This document shows positions 26,113 through 39,850 of a DNA stretch of 64,000 bases, one piece after another. The translations under genes were made by a program, and so were the position numbers. The notes beneath the pieces are model-generated. The model did not search any database. It was not told the DNA's origin and saw only the letters and a program-made list of their open reading frames with translations. Source of the stretch: Lama glama (Eukaryota); contig CM052832.1 of NCBI GenBank assembly GCA_028534125.1, forward strand, positions 6,884,001 through 6,948,000, in the 5' to 3' direction. The stretch's first letter is position 1. Each line of letters starts with the position of its first letter.

Positions 26113-26175
26113 ATGACGGACGCGGCGACGGCTAACGGGGACGACAGGGACCCCGAGATCGAGCTCTTCGTGAAG
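26113..26175 (+). CDS. CLIC5: Chloride intracellular channel protein 5, isoform A, first coding exon (partial CDS)
   Basis: ATG at 26113 reads MTDAATANGDDRDPEIELFVK, matching the recalled human CLIC5A N-terminus (MTDSATANGDDRDPEIELFVK) except S4A. Ends at a phase-0 donor AAG|GTAGGT (GT at 26176-26177). Lies in a CpG island. Confidence 0.96.
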
Positions 26176-29067
26176 GTAGGTCGGCGTCCCCGCGCCGCCG
26201 CACCTGCGGCTCCTCCAGCCCGACTCGCGGCTCACGCGGCCGTGCGCCCAGCGCGCTGGGACACCGGACCCTCCCCAGGGAGCGCAGCCCAGCCCTGGCG
26301 GTCCCCTGGGTGGCCTTTCTGCGAGCCCGAGCCTCGCTTCGGGGCTCCCGGGCGGGAGGGAGTCAGGTGCAATCTGACAGGTGGCTGTCCTCCTGGAGAG
26401 TCGGCCCCAGCAGTTTGTCAAACCCACCGCGGGACCTGCGGTTGCCCTGCTCCGGTGCAATTTTGGCTTGTCCTGAAGGGCATCTCCAGGATCAGGGAGA
26501 TCCCTCCTGGAGCCCTGAACCTTTCTTCTAAAATTGAGGGTGAGGGGAAGGAAGAGAGAGAAAAGAAAACAGTAGGGATATAATTATCTTTGGCAAAGCA
26601 AGTAACGTTTCTTAAAATCCCCCTTTCCTCTTTCACTCAGAGCTATTAAATGAAAGCAAAAGGCACAAAGATGTTTTCTTGCCCTGTGACCTGCAAATCA
26701 GAAAACCGACGCTCCGCTCGCCCACAATATTATTATTGTCAAAATCGCGCTTCTGCAGGATAGTGTCAGGAAATGCCCAGGGTAACCTGGGGCAGACTGG
26801 GAGGAAGGAGCACAGTGAAAAAATTAAATTCAGTCGCCTCGCTCCCTGGGCAGAAACAGTCTAACGTCAAAAGCTGCTACACTTCCTTTGCAACCTGTAG
26901 GAGGAAGGATGCAGCTGAGGCAGTGTTTCCCGGCCCGCGAATGTAATAAACATTTGATAGGTCCTTGGTGCCGACACCACAGAAACGGGGAAACCTGAAG
27001 CCGTAGGAGAGTTGCCTCCAGGGCAGTGCAGAGACAGCCGCCAGGACCTGGGGGAGGGGGAGGCGGCAGGCTGCCTGAGCGCTGAGACCTTTCACAAAGG
27101 GCAAAAACCTTAGAATGCTGTTTCTCTAGAAATATGCAGGTAACTGAGAAGGAAAGAGAACTTGGTGCCTGTTAGGGGCCTCCTGGCTCAATTTAGAAGG
27201 CATATGTATTCGGTGGAATGGAGGGGAATACATATATATATATTCCCAGGAATGGGGAATATGGTGAATATATATGCCTTTTAAATGTGTTTTGGCCAAT
27301 GGATCCTTATCGACAAGCTAATTAAACAGATTTTGGCAGAAAGTATAAGATCTGTATGAACCTTGATAACAGCTTTTTGGTCTTTGTTACCTTTTGATGC
27401 CTAAAAACTAATAAATCAGCTGTGATTTATTTTGCATCTGGGCAATGATCTGTCTCTGTTGGCCCAGCCTTTCACGAAGGTTTGTTAAATTTTTTCCACT
27501 GGGTTTTACATTTTTTGGAGTTATTTTTTCAAAATTGTCCATAGACATTGCATTTGTCTTTTAGTGAGACTTAACTTTCCCCAACCTGTTTCTCTCCCCC
27601 CAAATGTGGCTTTTGTGGCGTCTGTGTCATTTGGTTTCCGGGACCCCTCTGGGCAGGACTTCCAGGTGCTGTGGCAGAGCCGGGATGGAAGAGGGCATGT
27701 CTTCTCGGAGGCTGGGCAGTGTCGGACCCAGGGCCGGACAGGCTGCCCTGGCCCCCAGCGTCCAGGCCTGCGGTCTGCGGAGCGAATAGGGAGAGCTTTT
27801 ACAAAGTAGGGAATCTTGCTGCTCTTCTTGAAGAAAGCTACTCTAGGACTTTCTCAGATTCCCTGGGAGCAGGTAGTTTCACGGTGTCAAGTTCCTGAAA
27901 GGTATCTGAAACACAAATTGACTCTTTTAGAGCCAAAGGAGCCCTTTGCCCTACTCTTAGGTGAGCAGGCCATTCTACCTGCACCTTCTGAATTTCATGC
28001 TGGCAGCTTGGAGGTTTTCTCCATTTATATTAAAAGCTCACTTTGCAGCCCCCAGTGCCTCCAAGAATTCTAAAGTACCCGTGTTGTCATTTGTCTTTTC
28101 CCTAAAGGAATGCAACCCCTGAAAGGCAAGCAGGCTTCTCGGCCAGTGCACAAACCAGATAGAGGGGGAACAACAAAAAAAATCAGATAGGAAAGTTCTT
28201 TTGATTCCACCCCCCTCCCTTTTGAGCTTCTGGTTAGTAGTTGTCATTTACAGGTGAAGGCTGAACATAATTGCAAAATAAAGATGCTCCCCAGGCTTTG
28301 AACGGTTTCATTTTTAAGAAGCAGTGTACTGATTTACAGAATCGGGCATTTGCACAGTTTGACGTTTCTCTTTGCTGCGCGATTCTCATGAAGAGAAGGG
28401 CCTTCTTGTGGAAAGTGTCAGGTATCAGAGGTGCTTTCTGCAGGGCCCAGCAGGGAGGTTTCCAGGAAGCCTCCTAGGCTGGCTGGCCTCACCCAGGAAG
28501 AGTTGTGATGTGGTCATCTTTGACACTCCCATGAAGGGACCGCCAACCCAGCCTGTCCTCTGGATGTGTCATTCAAACCCTCCATCATCCAGTGAGTTTC
28601 AAGGATGTACGATTCTGTGCCACATCAATTGATAATCAGTATCTGTTACTCCTGCTGCTGCTGCTAATAATAATAATAATAATTTTTAAAATAGTGGCAT
28701 TTTAGGACTTATGAAGCACATTTAAATACCTTATCTCATTGAGTCCCCAGCATCCTTGCTCATGAGCCTTGATTCACTCACAAAAAGTAATGAAAACAAA
28801 TAAAGGTAGCTCCCAGGGACCTCGTGAGACATCATGCTGTCAGAGCACTTGGCCAGCTGCAGTTTGCTCTCCCTCTAACAACCTCGGGGGCTAAGGATGA
28901 TGATTTGTCTTGTTTTATGGCTGAGCAACACATGTGTGCTCAGAGAGTGTACATGAAATGCCCCAAAGTTGACAGTGAATAACATTGTGAGCTGGTCCTC
29001 ATCTAGCAGCTCAGACTCTAAATTTCTCACTCTTTTCCAAACACCTATATGTCAGGTCTTGCACCTT

Positions 29068-29844
29068 TTTTCCCCCCCTTTTCCACTGTGGTTTAATACA
29101 GGATATTGAATATAGTTTCCTGTGCTACACAGTAGGACCTTGTAGTTTATCTGTTTTATATATTGTAGTTTGTATCTGCTAATCCCAAACTCCTAATTTA
29201 CCTCTCCCCACCCTTTCCCATTTGGTGACCTTTTGTTAAGTTTGTTTTCTATGTCTGTGAGTCTGTTTCTGTTTTATAAATAAGTTCATTTGTATCATTT
29301 TTAGGTTCCACATATAAGTGATTTCACATGGTATTTGTCTTTCTCTGACTTACTTCACTTAGTATGATCATCTCTAGGTCCACCCATGTTGTCACAGATG
29401 GCATTATTTCATTCTTTTTTATGGCTGAGTAATATTCCATCATATATATACCATATCTTCTATAAAGATGTCTGTTGATGGACATTTAGGTTGCTTCCAT
29501 GTCTTGGCTATTTTAAATAGTGCTGCTCTGAACATTGGGGTGCATGTATCTTTTCAAAGTATAGTTTTTTTTTTCCTGGATATGTGCCCGGGGATTGCTG
29601 GATCATATGGCAACTCTATTTTTAGTTTTTTTGAGGAACCTCCATACTGTCTTCCATAGTGGCTGTACCAAATTACATTCTCACCAATGGTGTAGGAGAG
29701 TTCCCTTTTTCCCACAACCTCTCTAGCATTTGTTATTTGTAGACTTTTTAAGGATGGCTGTTATGACTGGTATGAGGTGGTACCTCACTGTAGTTTTGAT
29801 TTGCATTTCTGTAATAATTAGCAATGTTTGAGCATCTTTTCATG
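29068..29844 (-). mobile_element. 5'-truncated cetartiodactyl-type L1 (end of ORF2 plus 3'UTR)
   Basis: Typical antisense L1 motifs (gatggacatttaggttgcttccatgtcttggctatt; gttttgatttgcatttct). TSD aggtcttgcacctt (29054-29067) / aggtcttgtacctt (29845-29858). Confidence 0.9.
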
Positions 29845-30248
29845 AGGTCTTGTACCTTCTTTTTCCAAGTTAGGTTCTTGAGTGCTTCCAAGATGACATT
29901 TATTAGCGACTTACTAACCCATCCTAATGTGGTCATGCAACACTGTTCAGATGCCTGCCCATCCCTGCCCTGCACTCCATGCCTCTCCCTTCCAGGGAAC
30001 ATTCTAGTAGGGACGTTTAAGAGATCATTTACCCCAAGTTTTTCATTTCTTCATCTGTAATTAGAAAGGTTTGAGTAGGCCAGCTCTGATTCTAATTCCC
30101 CGTAACAAATGTGGATGGGGCAGAGGAGAGAGAGGAGCTGGGTTCGAGTCTGGTCTCTGCCTCTAGTTAGCAGAGTGACTTGGAACAAGTTCTGTAACTT
30201 CCATGAGTCTCAAGACCCGCCTCTTAAGACAAGAGAGTAGTTATAAAT

Positions 30249-30371
30249 AACGTGACCGTATCATTTAGTGTCCAAACCAAGACACTTCTGAGAGTGAAAG
30301 GAGGTGTCACCAACAATGAGCCTGGGACAACAGGGGTTACCTGGGGTTGTTCAGGACATGTAACCACCCTA
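30249..30371. mobile_element. MER94-like hAT-Blackjack MITE
   Basis: gtgaccgtatcatttagtgtccaaaccaagacac ... ggacatgtaaccaccct. Confidence 0.6.
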
Positions 30372-30915
30372 GTTATGAAAATACTGTCCCCACAGACTGG
30401 CTGTGAGGAGGCCACAGGAACAAAGAGATGAAAGCACTTTGTAAATTGAAAATTGCTGTAAACGCACTGGCTTTGGTAATGCTGTAAATTCCAGGGCAGG
30501 TAGAAGCATTCTACTAGGATCTGCAGGTCCCTGATTTGCCTTAGGCTAACAACGGCCTGGCTGCTTCCTCACTCTCAGGGCTATTTTGAGAGTAAATGAG
30601 ATCATAAGCAGCTGGGACTTTGATCACAAAGGGAGGACAACAGGTTAGAGAATTGAGAGGGGCCGTGAATATGGTTTATTGAAAGAAAAAAAAGAGCGAG
30701 GAAGCGAAAGCAAAACAGAAAGTGATTTGGGAAGACAAACGCAAGATGTGCTGCATAGTTAGATCAAGACATACCTCCCACCTCCGTGGGCTCTGCCACC
30801 CCCAGTCCCACCCCTGGACCCTAGATATAGAAATCCACCAAAGCGAGGTGATGACTGTGGGCCAATTTTGCAACAGATGTTTCTTGGGACCAAGGGCGTG
30901 GGTTTCAACAGAAAC

Positions 30916-31088
30916 TGGTGGTTCTCAACTTTGGCTACATATTCAAATTGTTCGGGGAAATTAAAAACTGATAGCAGGCTTCCTCCCAGGCCAATTACAT
31001 CAAAGTTTCTATGGGTGGGACCCAGAAGTGGCATTTTTACCCCCACCCCTAAGTGACTGTGGAGGCTGGCTCTGGTGGAGAGCCACTG
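30916..31088. mobile_element. MER5-family MITE
   Basis: gtggttctcaactttggct ... gagagccactg termini. Confidence 0.7.
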
Positions 31089-34000
31089 AGTCATCGTCAG
31101 AGGCGGGTCCCCGGGCAGGCAGCTTTGTCCACACTGAACAAGGTGGCGTTGCTTATGCAGATAAATGTCTAGAACTTCTCAGAGCCTCAGGGCGCCGTGA
31201 TCCATTTGTTGATAGAGAGCTTGCAGCCAACCGGTATGCAGTTATCAGATGCTGACGGACAGTAAAGCCCCATCTGCAGGACTCCAGAACAATCAGTGCA
31301 TGGGGTCGGTCTAGTAAATAATCATCAATGCAGCCCGAGGGAAACAGAATGGAGCCCTGCTGATTGTCTGATGGAAATGACTAGTCATTTCATTTACTGA
31401 GTGATCTGGAAGGCTCTGACTGTGGAGCAGGGCGGAAGTCAAGTCATAGTGACCCGTGGTGTGGTCACCTGACTTCCAGAACAGACAAGATCAAATCTGG
31501 TGATGTTCCCTCTCAGACCCCAGCTGCCCACTGGCTGCGTGATCACCTCGGGCTGCTCGCTGGCCTAAGCATGGGCTTAGCAGATGTTGACATTCCTTTT
31601 ATAACATTAAGCCACTATTTTTCTTTCCCACTACCTCCTGGTTTTGATCTGCGGTCAGTAACTCGATACACAAATTCATCTGCCCTGCTGTGCCAGTTAG
31701 AGCATCCTTACCTGGCAGCACATCCGTGGGAGTGCTAGTGTCAAAGGTCGACTAATACCCATCTCAGGTGCCCTGGCAGGTGGTGGGAGTGAGGACTGGG
31801 GTCTACAAGTGCTGAAGGCCACTGCCAGTGGTGTCAGGTCCTGCCTCCCTGCCGACTTGTGCTGTTTCTCTGGGTGTTTGGTGGTTCTCTCCATCCAGGT
31901 CAACGCGTTCATCAGTGTAGACGGTCAAGTCTAGAGCTTTTCATTCCTGATTCCTTTGTGATTCCAGATGCTGGGCCCATGTCAGTGGGTAACAAGCAGT
32001 GCAGTAGAAGAGTGTGGCTTTAGGAGTCAGGTTCTGGGTCGCCTGCTGTGTGAGCTAGGACAGGTTACTTCGTCTCTCTGGGCCACAGTTTTCTTACCAG
32101 TGCAATGCTGATAATGCCAATACATATTTCCTGGGGTTGGTGCGAGCACTGATTGTTCTGCGTATGAATTGGGGTCTAAGTAAAGCCTCCTCTGCAGGCC
32201 CAGTCTAGCCTGAAAAGTGAGAAGCCAAGCCCTTGCACTCTCCTCCCATGATATATTCAAGAAGTCAGAGACGCAATTTTATCTGCTCCTATCTCGTCGT
32301 TGGAGCCAGGACACAGACCATCTGATTGCCTCCATGGGGCTGGTGCACCAGGGGCTGGAGGCCCCCAGAGGCCACTGTCTGTAGTAGTGTAGCCACAGGG
32401 AGAGTGTAGATCTCGGACCAGCGGTTGGATTCTTCCAGCTCAAGGGAGTTCCTCTTGTAACTGCTTCCTCTTCCAAGGGAGCTCCTGCATGGCTCGGGGA
32501 GGGGGGTGCTGGATCAGGATGCATCACACCACTGGGGAGCTGTGCTGGCCCCTCCCCTTTCAGCTCCATAGGGATGCTATTTCGGGGGCTTCATCCCTTT
32601 CCTATCATTGGGTTCTGGGCGGGGCCTCCCGGGCTCACCTGAAGGTGCTCTTCAATGAGAAAGGAGGCTCTGGAGTCTAGATCCTTTAGTTTCAACAGGA
32701 TTCCGGGGATCTCTATGCAGATTTTCCTCCTCTCTTGCAACCTTCTTGCTCTGCCTAGCCATGGTTACTCTCATGGAAACACACACACACACACACACAC
32801 ACGTTTAAGTGTATTATCTAGCAGGACTATAGGAAAAACATCATAGACTTGATACCTGGGACCTTTTAAAAACTGTTACCCAGGAGGCATCCTTGGTTGT
32901 CCTTTTCATGAAGCCTGGAAGACCAGAAACAGTGAAGATGCAAAGTGGCTACGTGCGGGTTTCCTGAAGGCGTGAGTCTCCACCCAGGGCATCTTAGATC
33001 TGACCCTGCTTGCGTTCGGAGGGGTCAGCTCCACCTCCCGGGGTCGGGGGGGTTTCTCTACCAGCTCCCTGAGTGAGAAACTACTTTGGAAACTCATGTA
33101 TTTATTCAAGGAGTGTCTTAGTTCTGAGATGTGAAATTCTCTAGGGATAAATAAGATAGATAATCTGCTGTCAGAACGAAAATGAATTCTTTCTGGTGAA
33201 AAAGAAATCGAGTTGTTAACCTCTAGAAAGAAGTCGTCTTTAGTTCTGCTAGCACGGGAAGTGTCTTTGAGTTATGTTCATTGCAGCGCTCATGGTGAAC
33301 AATGGCGAGGCCAGGGGTGCTCAACCTTGGGGGCATGGAAAATTATGGCAAAGCTTTTTCACAAGGATTGGCCCAGCCCTGTCCCCAGAGATTCAGATTT
33401 GGGAGGTTGGAGTGAGTCCCAGGCATCTGATTCTGGGATTCATTAGAGACTGAAAACCCCTGGCCCAGGCCATGAGTAAATAGGATTGATGGAGAATCCA
33501 AAGGGCAGGTTGAAGTCAAGTCCCCACTGGAAGCATCTCTCTCAGAGGATGGAGGAGGCCAAGGCAAATATGCTCATTAGCATGAATCACCCCAGACTGA
33601 CCCCAAATACACCAGAAAAGGGAGGGGAAGGGAATGCTTTTGACCTTTCTTTTAAACTTCCTTTTCTTCCTTTGTAATTTTTTTTTAAATGATGTAAGAG
33701 TGACAAGTAATTTTCAAATCTGGGCATGAAGGAAATATTAGTAAGATAAAAAATGTAGGGAGTTAAGAGCTTGGAAACCATCCATCAATCAATGAGTCAA
33801 TTAACAAGCATGTTTATGAGACGCCACCTACTCTGTGCTGGGCTCTGTGAAAGCTCAAAGAAGGGAGGGGAGGTCAGAGAAGATGGGGTCCCAGCAGTCC
33901 ATGGGCTTGCAGCTGAGCAGTAAAAATGCCAGCATCATGCCTCAGGGGTGGCAGGAAGTGAAGTGAGGGGCACCAGTAGAGGGAGTGGTATGGCTTGAAT

Positions 34001-36544
34001 GAGCCCAGGGGCAGGTGGGACCTCAGTTGTGCTGTGAAGAGTGACCAGGATTCGCTGAGTGGCTAGGAGTGGTCATGCATGTCAGGTCCACAGCAGTGTG
34101 GAGGTGGGGATGCTCAGGGCCCAGGGGCTATGCAAGGTTGGCTGAAGAGACTGGTGTATGGAGGGGCACCATTGGGAATAAGATACAAAAACAATAGTGG
34201 GAAGGAGTTTTGAATGACGAGTAAGTGGTTTTCACCCCCTTGTAAGTCACGGGGGTCACCAGAGGGTTCTACCCAGGGGAGGGGCTTGATTCGGTCCCTG
34301 CTTCATTATAATGGTTCCTGTGCCATGTTGCCCCATGTGGTGGGAAGATAAAGGCACTTAAAGGAGAGAGCCCTGGATTCCAGGTCTGGCTCTGCCGTAC
34401 ATTGGTTGTGTGACTTTCTTGAAGGCCAGCCTTCCTTTTCTATAACATGGGATCAACAGTCATAAAGTCATAGAGTTTCTGATCAGGAAAGACCTCTTAG
34501 AAGTCATCCGGCCTGACCCCGTCTCGTCAGATAAAGTCACAGCCAACACTGTGGGACACGCGCTACATGGATTTAAGGAAGAGCGGTGAGATGACATGGG
34601 AGCTGTGGCTGGTTTTGCCTTTGCTCTTCTGACTGCTCACAGCGATTATGAATACGAGGGCCTGGGGCTTCTCAAGTAGTCAAGCCAGGAGGTGACCTGA
34701 GCCAGAGCTAGGGTTGCAAGGATGGGCGTGCTGTGGGGGAGTGGTGTGGGTTCACACTGGACATGCCTTGGGAGAAGCCTGTGCAAACATAGGAGTGGGG
34801 GCCCAAGCTTTGGATTCAGTTGTTTCCTGGTCCGTTCATCTCAGGAGAGACGGGTTTCCATGTCTGGAATGATGGTACCACTGATGGGCTCAACCATGAT
34901 TGTCCAAGTTGTTGTAAGTGGATTGAGTGCAGATAAAATAACTGAGCTTGAGCTTCATGGGTCCTTTTAAGCCAGAAACCCTGTGGATCGGTGGCAGAAA
35001 TGGAGCTGAGGGGATTGGATTTGTTGGTCGTGAGAATGAGCTTCTGGTTTTAGGGCTGTTCTGTTTGAGGTGACAGCCAGCCAGTCAAGGGCAGGTGTCT
35101 ATCGGAGTGCTGGAAAACAGAGCTAAGAATGAGGTAAAGGCCGGGCTAGGGGTGTGGATTTGAATTTGTGCCTCTTTCCTGCCGTTGAAGGGATGGGTTC
35201 CCTGGAGGAGGGAGTGTGGAGAAGGGTTGAGGGGATGAGGACCGTGATTTAAGATATATCCATTTGAGAGCAAGGCATGAGGGCACTGGAGGACCTAGCA
35301 GAGGTGAGGAAGAAGCAGAGAGGTAGGAAGCAAGCATCCCATCCAAGAGGAAGGAAGCTATGTGAACAATGGCTCACGCAGAGGCAAGAAGTGTCAGGAA
35401 GTGTCTGGAAGAATTAAGTGTTCTGCTGGGCTATGGCTAAAAGCGCGAAGAGATGTGGGGAAGGTGGACAGGAGTATAAGATTGGGTCGGATCATGAGGC
35501 ACCTCCAATAGCCAACTGGGCGACTGGGGCTTTTATTTATAATGCAGAAGACGGCGTGTGTTACCTCCTGCGTGTGGGGCAATGATATTTTAAAAGAGAG
35601 GGAAGCGCTTAATTATCTGAAGATGGCATGCCTGGCCCCAGTGCATCTGAGAAGAGGTATGTTGAAGTGGGGGTTCATCACAGTGTGTCTTCGGTCAGCC
35701 CCAGGCTGTGGTGTGCACAAGTTTGGTGCTGGTTACCCTACGCCCTTTCTCAACCTCTGCGGAGCTTAAGGTAATGTTTTCCACTTCTGTTGATCATGAT
35801 TCTACAGTACGGGGTGTGGGGGAGGCAAGAATGGAGCTCCAGATGGCAGAGATAACACAAAAGGTGAAGGAGGGGAGGGCGTGTGTAATGAATGGAGTCT
35901 AACTGGGAACTCATTACCTAGGATGAAGAGAAAGTGAAAACCTTGTCCGGGTTGCTATCTCTTAAAAACTCAGTCTGGGAGGTCGGCATGGCAACAGGTA
36001 GAGATGGCTTGCCTCAGCCCAAGGCTCCCTCCACTCACTGCCCATCCCCGCTTCCCAAGGCTGGCAGTGAGCAGAGGCCCAGTAAACAGAGCAGGCAGGT
36101 GGTTGCCGGGAGGCGCGATTTCACCTGTCTTTCATCCATTTTCATGTTTGAGTTCTGGGGCACTTTATAGTCGCATCATAAAATCTAGCATCCACTGTGT
36201 CTTTGTTTTTTGCCCTGGAAATCAAAGGAACCAGATGTCTGTGGTCCTTTATCACGAAGGCCTCAGATTTGTCCTCTAGGGTTAGAGAGTTCTGGGCAGG
36301 GTTTGATCATAGGACTCTGGGGAGAGAGGGATGCCTCGTGGGGAAGGTCACATGACCTCTCCTCATTAGAGTACTGTAGGAGTACAACAGAGATATGATC
36401 TGACCCATTATTATAAGGATAAAAAAAAATAAGAATCATAAACTCCTTTTGTGAACTAGAGTTTTTATTGTTTAAATGTAAGGCATTGTACTGGTCAATG
36501 TGTGCCCATCACCTGTTCATACAATAGCTTACTGTGGGCTTTGG

Positions 36545-36805
36545 TGAATGGTCTTCCCTGCTCAGGCTCCTTATACTCTGTGGTCCTGCCACCCCCTAGG
36601 GCTGCCAGCTCCTCTGTTGGACTCTGCATTCGACCATGCAGTGGGAGGGATGGAGGGCCACAGGGAGAGTTTGCATGGGTCCCTGCCTGGAAGTGGCCAA
36701 ATCACTTCCACCACTTTCCATGGCCCAGAACTCAAGTGTCATCAGGCCGTATTTTCAGGGAAAGGGGAGGCAGGTTTGATAAACTACAGAGCAGTCTCTG
36801 CCATA
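36545..36805. mobile_element. Old MaLR LTR fragment (MLT1H/I-like)
   Basis: ggaagtggccaaatcacttccaccactttccatggcccagaactca...agtctctgccata. Confidence 0.5.
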
Positions 36806-39654
36806 GAAATGATTTATTTCCTACCATTGTATCATCTGCATTATCTCTTCACCCCCTAAGACGGCATCCTGCCGACAGCCTCTCCCTCTTCCTGTGCACC
36901 ATGCTTGATACCACTAGCTTAACCTTCCTGAAATACTCCACCCCGCCATGCCTCTACCTGCTGGATCAAGGTCAGCCTCTTCCACCTGACGCTGACAACC
37001 CTCCAGCCAAGCCTGCACTCCCTTTCCCAAAGTGGTTTCCCACACTCCCTTAAAATGTCCCTTCTGTGTCTGCATAGTTTTGGAAGCATTTTTGAGTCTC
37101 TTCTCTGATTTTATCCCACGCAGTCCATTTGAAGAAGGAAGAGATATAATCCTCATGACAGACAAGGTGACTTTCTGGGACCTGTACCCTGTGTTCTTCT
37201 GCACAGACTGAGGGAGAAACCCAGAGGTCCTGACCCTGACCTGGGCAGTCTCTATCAGAACGTGGTTTCCCAGTCTTGCACGATTGCACCGTCCACCTGG
37301 GACACTTTCCAAATTCCAGCACACCCTTGTGAATCATAGTCTTCAGGGAGGGAGGTCCCAGGCACCTGTAATTAACTAGTGCCCCAGTGATACTGGTGCA
37401 CAGTCCATTATGGGAACACTGCCCAGAACCTAACAGGGCTCATGTGGATACCCTGGACCCAGAGCCTAATGGTGGGAACGTGAAGTGCTGTGACACGCAA
37501 GCACCGGGGAAATTTGAGGGACAGATTGTCTTCCAGCTGCTCCCAGGTCACCCCAATGTACGTAACATTCTGGTCATCTTAAATATTGACCCTTGACTTT
37601 AGAAGCTGCTCCATGGCCTATGGAATTATAGAAACAGTCACAGCCTTTTCTTTTTTTGCATAGCTATTCATCCCCAGAGAGGGTAGGCTGTCGTATTACC
37701 ACATAGCAGACTGAAGTCAGGGGTGGAGAATAGAACCACTGGTGGCAGTTCATTCCATGGAGGCCCATCCTTGCCGATACTAAGCCCTTTCTGAATCACT
37801 CCAAGACATATGATGTGGTCAAAGGTGGTGAGATGGTTGGAGGCTTTGTAATGAAAACAAGTTTTTGAGCATCTACGATGCACTAAACATTGTGCTAGCC
37901 ACTCTGGGTAATGCAGTACCCGAGATGCAACAATGCCACGGGGTAGGTAGATTGTGACTACTTTACAGAGGGGAAATCTAGGGCTTGGAAAAGTTAAAGC
38001 TTAACTCGGGAACCCGTGGGAAGTGGTGGAGTTGGGATTCAAACCCATGTCTGACTGCCTACAAAACCACATCTTGTGATGTGTGTTCATAATTAAAGAT
38101 AGCAAAATTAAAGCCAAACATGCTTACAATACACTTTTCCATCTGGAAGCTGTAGATTGAGGTCGACCAGGTGGCTGGCCCTGGGTCTGGACAGGAACAA
38201 GGTGCACAAGGCAGACACAGTCTGGCCCTGGCAGAACTTGCAGTCTGGGCTGGAGGCATGGGTGGGTGGGGGCAGCCACTGGACGTGCAGAAGGACTGGG
38301 ACCCGAGGGCGAGTATAAGACGATGGGAGCTCGAAGCAAGGGGACCTGGTGTTAGGAAGGCACTGAGCTGAGTTTTGCAGCATAGGCAGTGGCCAGTAAG
38401 GACCTGGGGTTCAGTTCAGGGACAGGACACGAGGGGAGAGTCTCAGCTAAGCTGAGGCAGAGAAGGGGGAGGAAGCCAGCCACCTCTCCCCGCAACAGAC
38501 CTGTTGCCAGGGCAGATTCTGGAGGACCTGGTGATAGGTGGCCCCTGTTCTCCACCCCATCAGGACCCCAGGAGCTTTTCTTGACCAAGAGAGCAAGCAA
38601 GGAAACCACTACAGAAAGACCAAGGCCTCTAACTTCTGGCCCCTCTCCCACTTTAGGTCACCATAAAGGGCGATTCAAGCTTATCTAGGCCTAATGCTCT
38701 TCAGAAAACACGTTTCAACTTGTGTGCCAAGAACTACTTTATCAAGGGTGAGGCACCTTTCATTCCAGAGCGGGAGATAAAGGGTCCTCGGTGGGAACGC
38801 CTGGCTGGTTAACACTTTGGGGTGAAGGAGCACTTCCCAGTGTGTGGTCAGACATCAGTGGGGAAGGGCAGAGAAGTGGTGATCAGATGCACCTCGTGGA
38901 TGAAGGGCTTGTGACTTGGGGGTGGATGCTCTACGAGGAGCTGGGACAAGAGGCCAGGGATGGAGGGCAACTGTTACCCGTGCCGTGGTTCTGCCCCCTA
39001 GGCTGGGCTGGTTTCCTTCAGGTAGGTTCCAGCAAGTAGGACAGTATCTAACTGACATGGTTACCTTGAAGTCCCAGATCAGGTGGAGTCTGTCCTCATG
39101 GTGCTACTTCCTGCAAGGGAGCATGGGCCCCATCATTTTATTACGGGTTTATACACACACACACACACACACACATAGATTTTCTTAATATACATGGATT
39201 ATCCATCATATGTAATATACATATAAATGTTTTATATATACACTTTTCTCATGAGGTTTGAGGTCCCAGACTGAAATGCCTGTATCCATACAGTGTTTGG
39301 CATATACCATATGCTCAACTACTGAGATTGCTACATAGATCCAGATGTATCTTTGCATTTATTCCATATTTACTGAATATTTTACTGAGTAACAGAGCAA
39401 TACAATGGAATTCAGGAAATTTGAATTTTGCTCTGCTCCCTGCCATTGTATGACTCTGGACTGGTCATTTGGGTTTCTTTATCTCTAAAATAAGAGAACT
39501 GGAGAAAACACTATCTGAGGACACTTTCAGCTTAAAAGTTGGTTCTTGGATGGATTCTATTGTGTACCGAGCACTGTGGGAGATTCTAAAAGGACCCTCT
39601 CAGGCAGTTTACTACCTACTTGGGGAGGGTCTTCGAGCTCCCATTACCTAGACT

Positions 39655-39850
39655 GAGGTCAGCAAACTTGTTCTGTAAAGGGTCACAGAGTAAATATTTT
39701 TGGCCCTGAAGTCTGAGCAGTGTCCATCACAGCTACCCCAACTCTGTCATCATAGCAAGAAAGCAGCCAGAGACAATACGTAAGTGATGGGCATGCCTGT
39801 GTTCTAATAAAGCTTTACTTACAAAAGCAGGTGGTGCATTGACCCCCGAC
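39655..39850 (+). mobile_element. MER58A-like hAT-Charlie MITE
   Basis: ggtcagcaaacttgttctgtaaagggtc...gtgttctaataaagctttacttacaaaagcagg...tgacccc. Confidence 0.8.

Larger units (their letters stand above)
25640..26460. promoter_or_regulatory. CLIC5: CpG island / CLIC5A promoter
   Basis: Abrupt GC- and CpG-rich block spanning exon 1A, with GC boxes (GGGGCGGGG ~25694, CCCCGCCCC ~25743). Confidence 0.9.

Noticed and set aside
25361..26460. Antisense ORFs of 152 and 166 aa over the promoter
   Set aside because: Arg/Gly/Pro-rich products expected from stop-poor CpG-island sequence; no recognisable domain.
26068..26583. 171-aa ORF containing the CLIC5A peptide
   Set aside because: It reads through the splice donor into the GC-rich intron; only 26113-26175 is supported as coding.
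36502..37053. 183-aa ORF
   Set aside because: Overlaps MaLR and L2-like remnants, starts at GTG, and resembles no protein I recognise.
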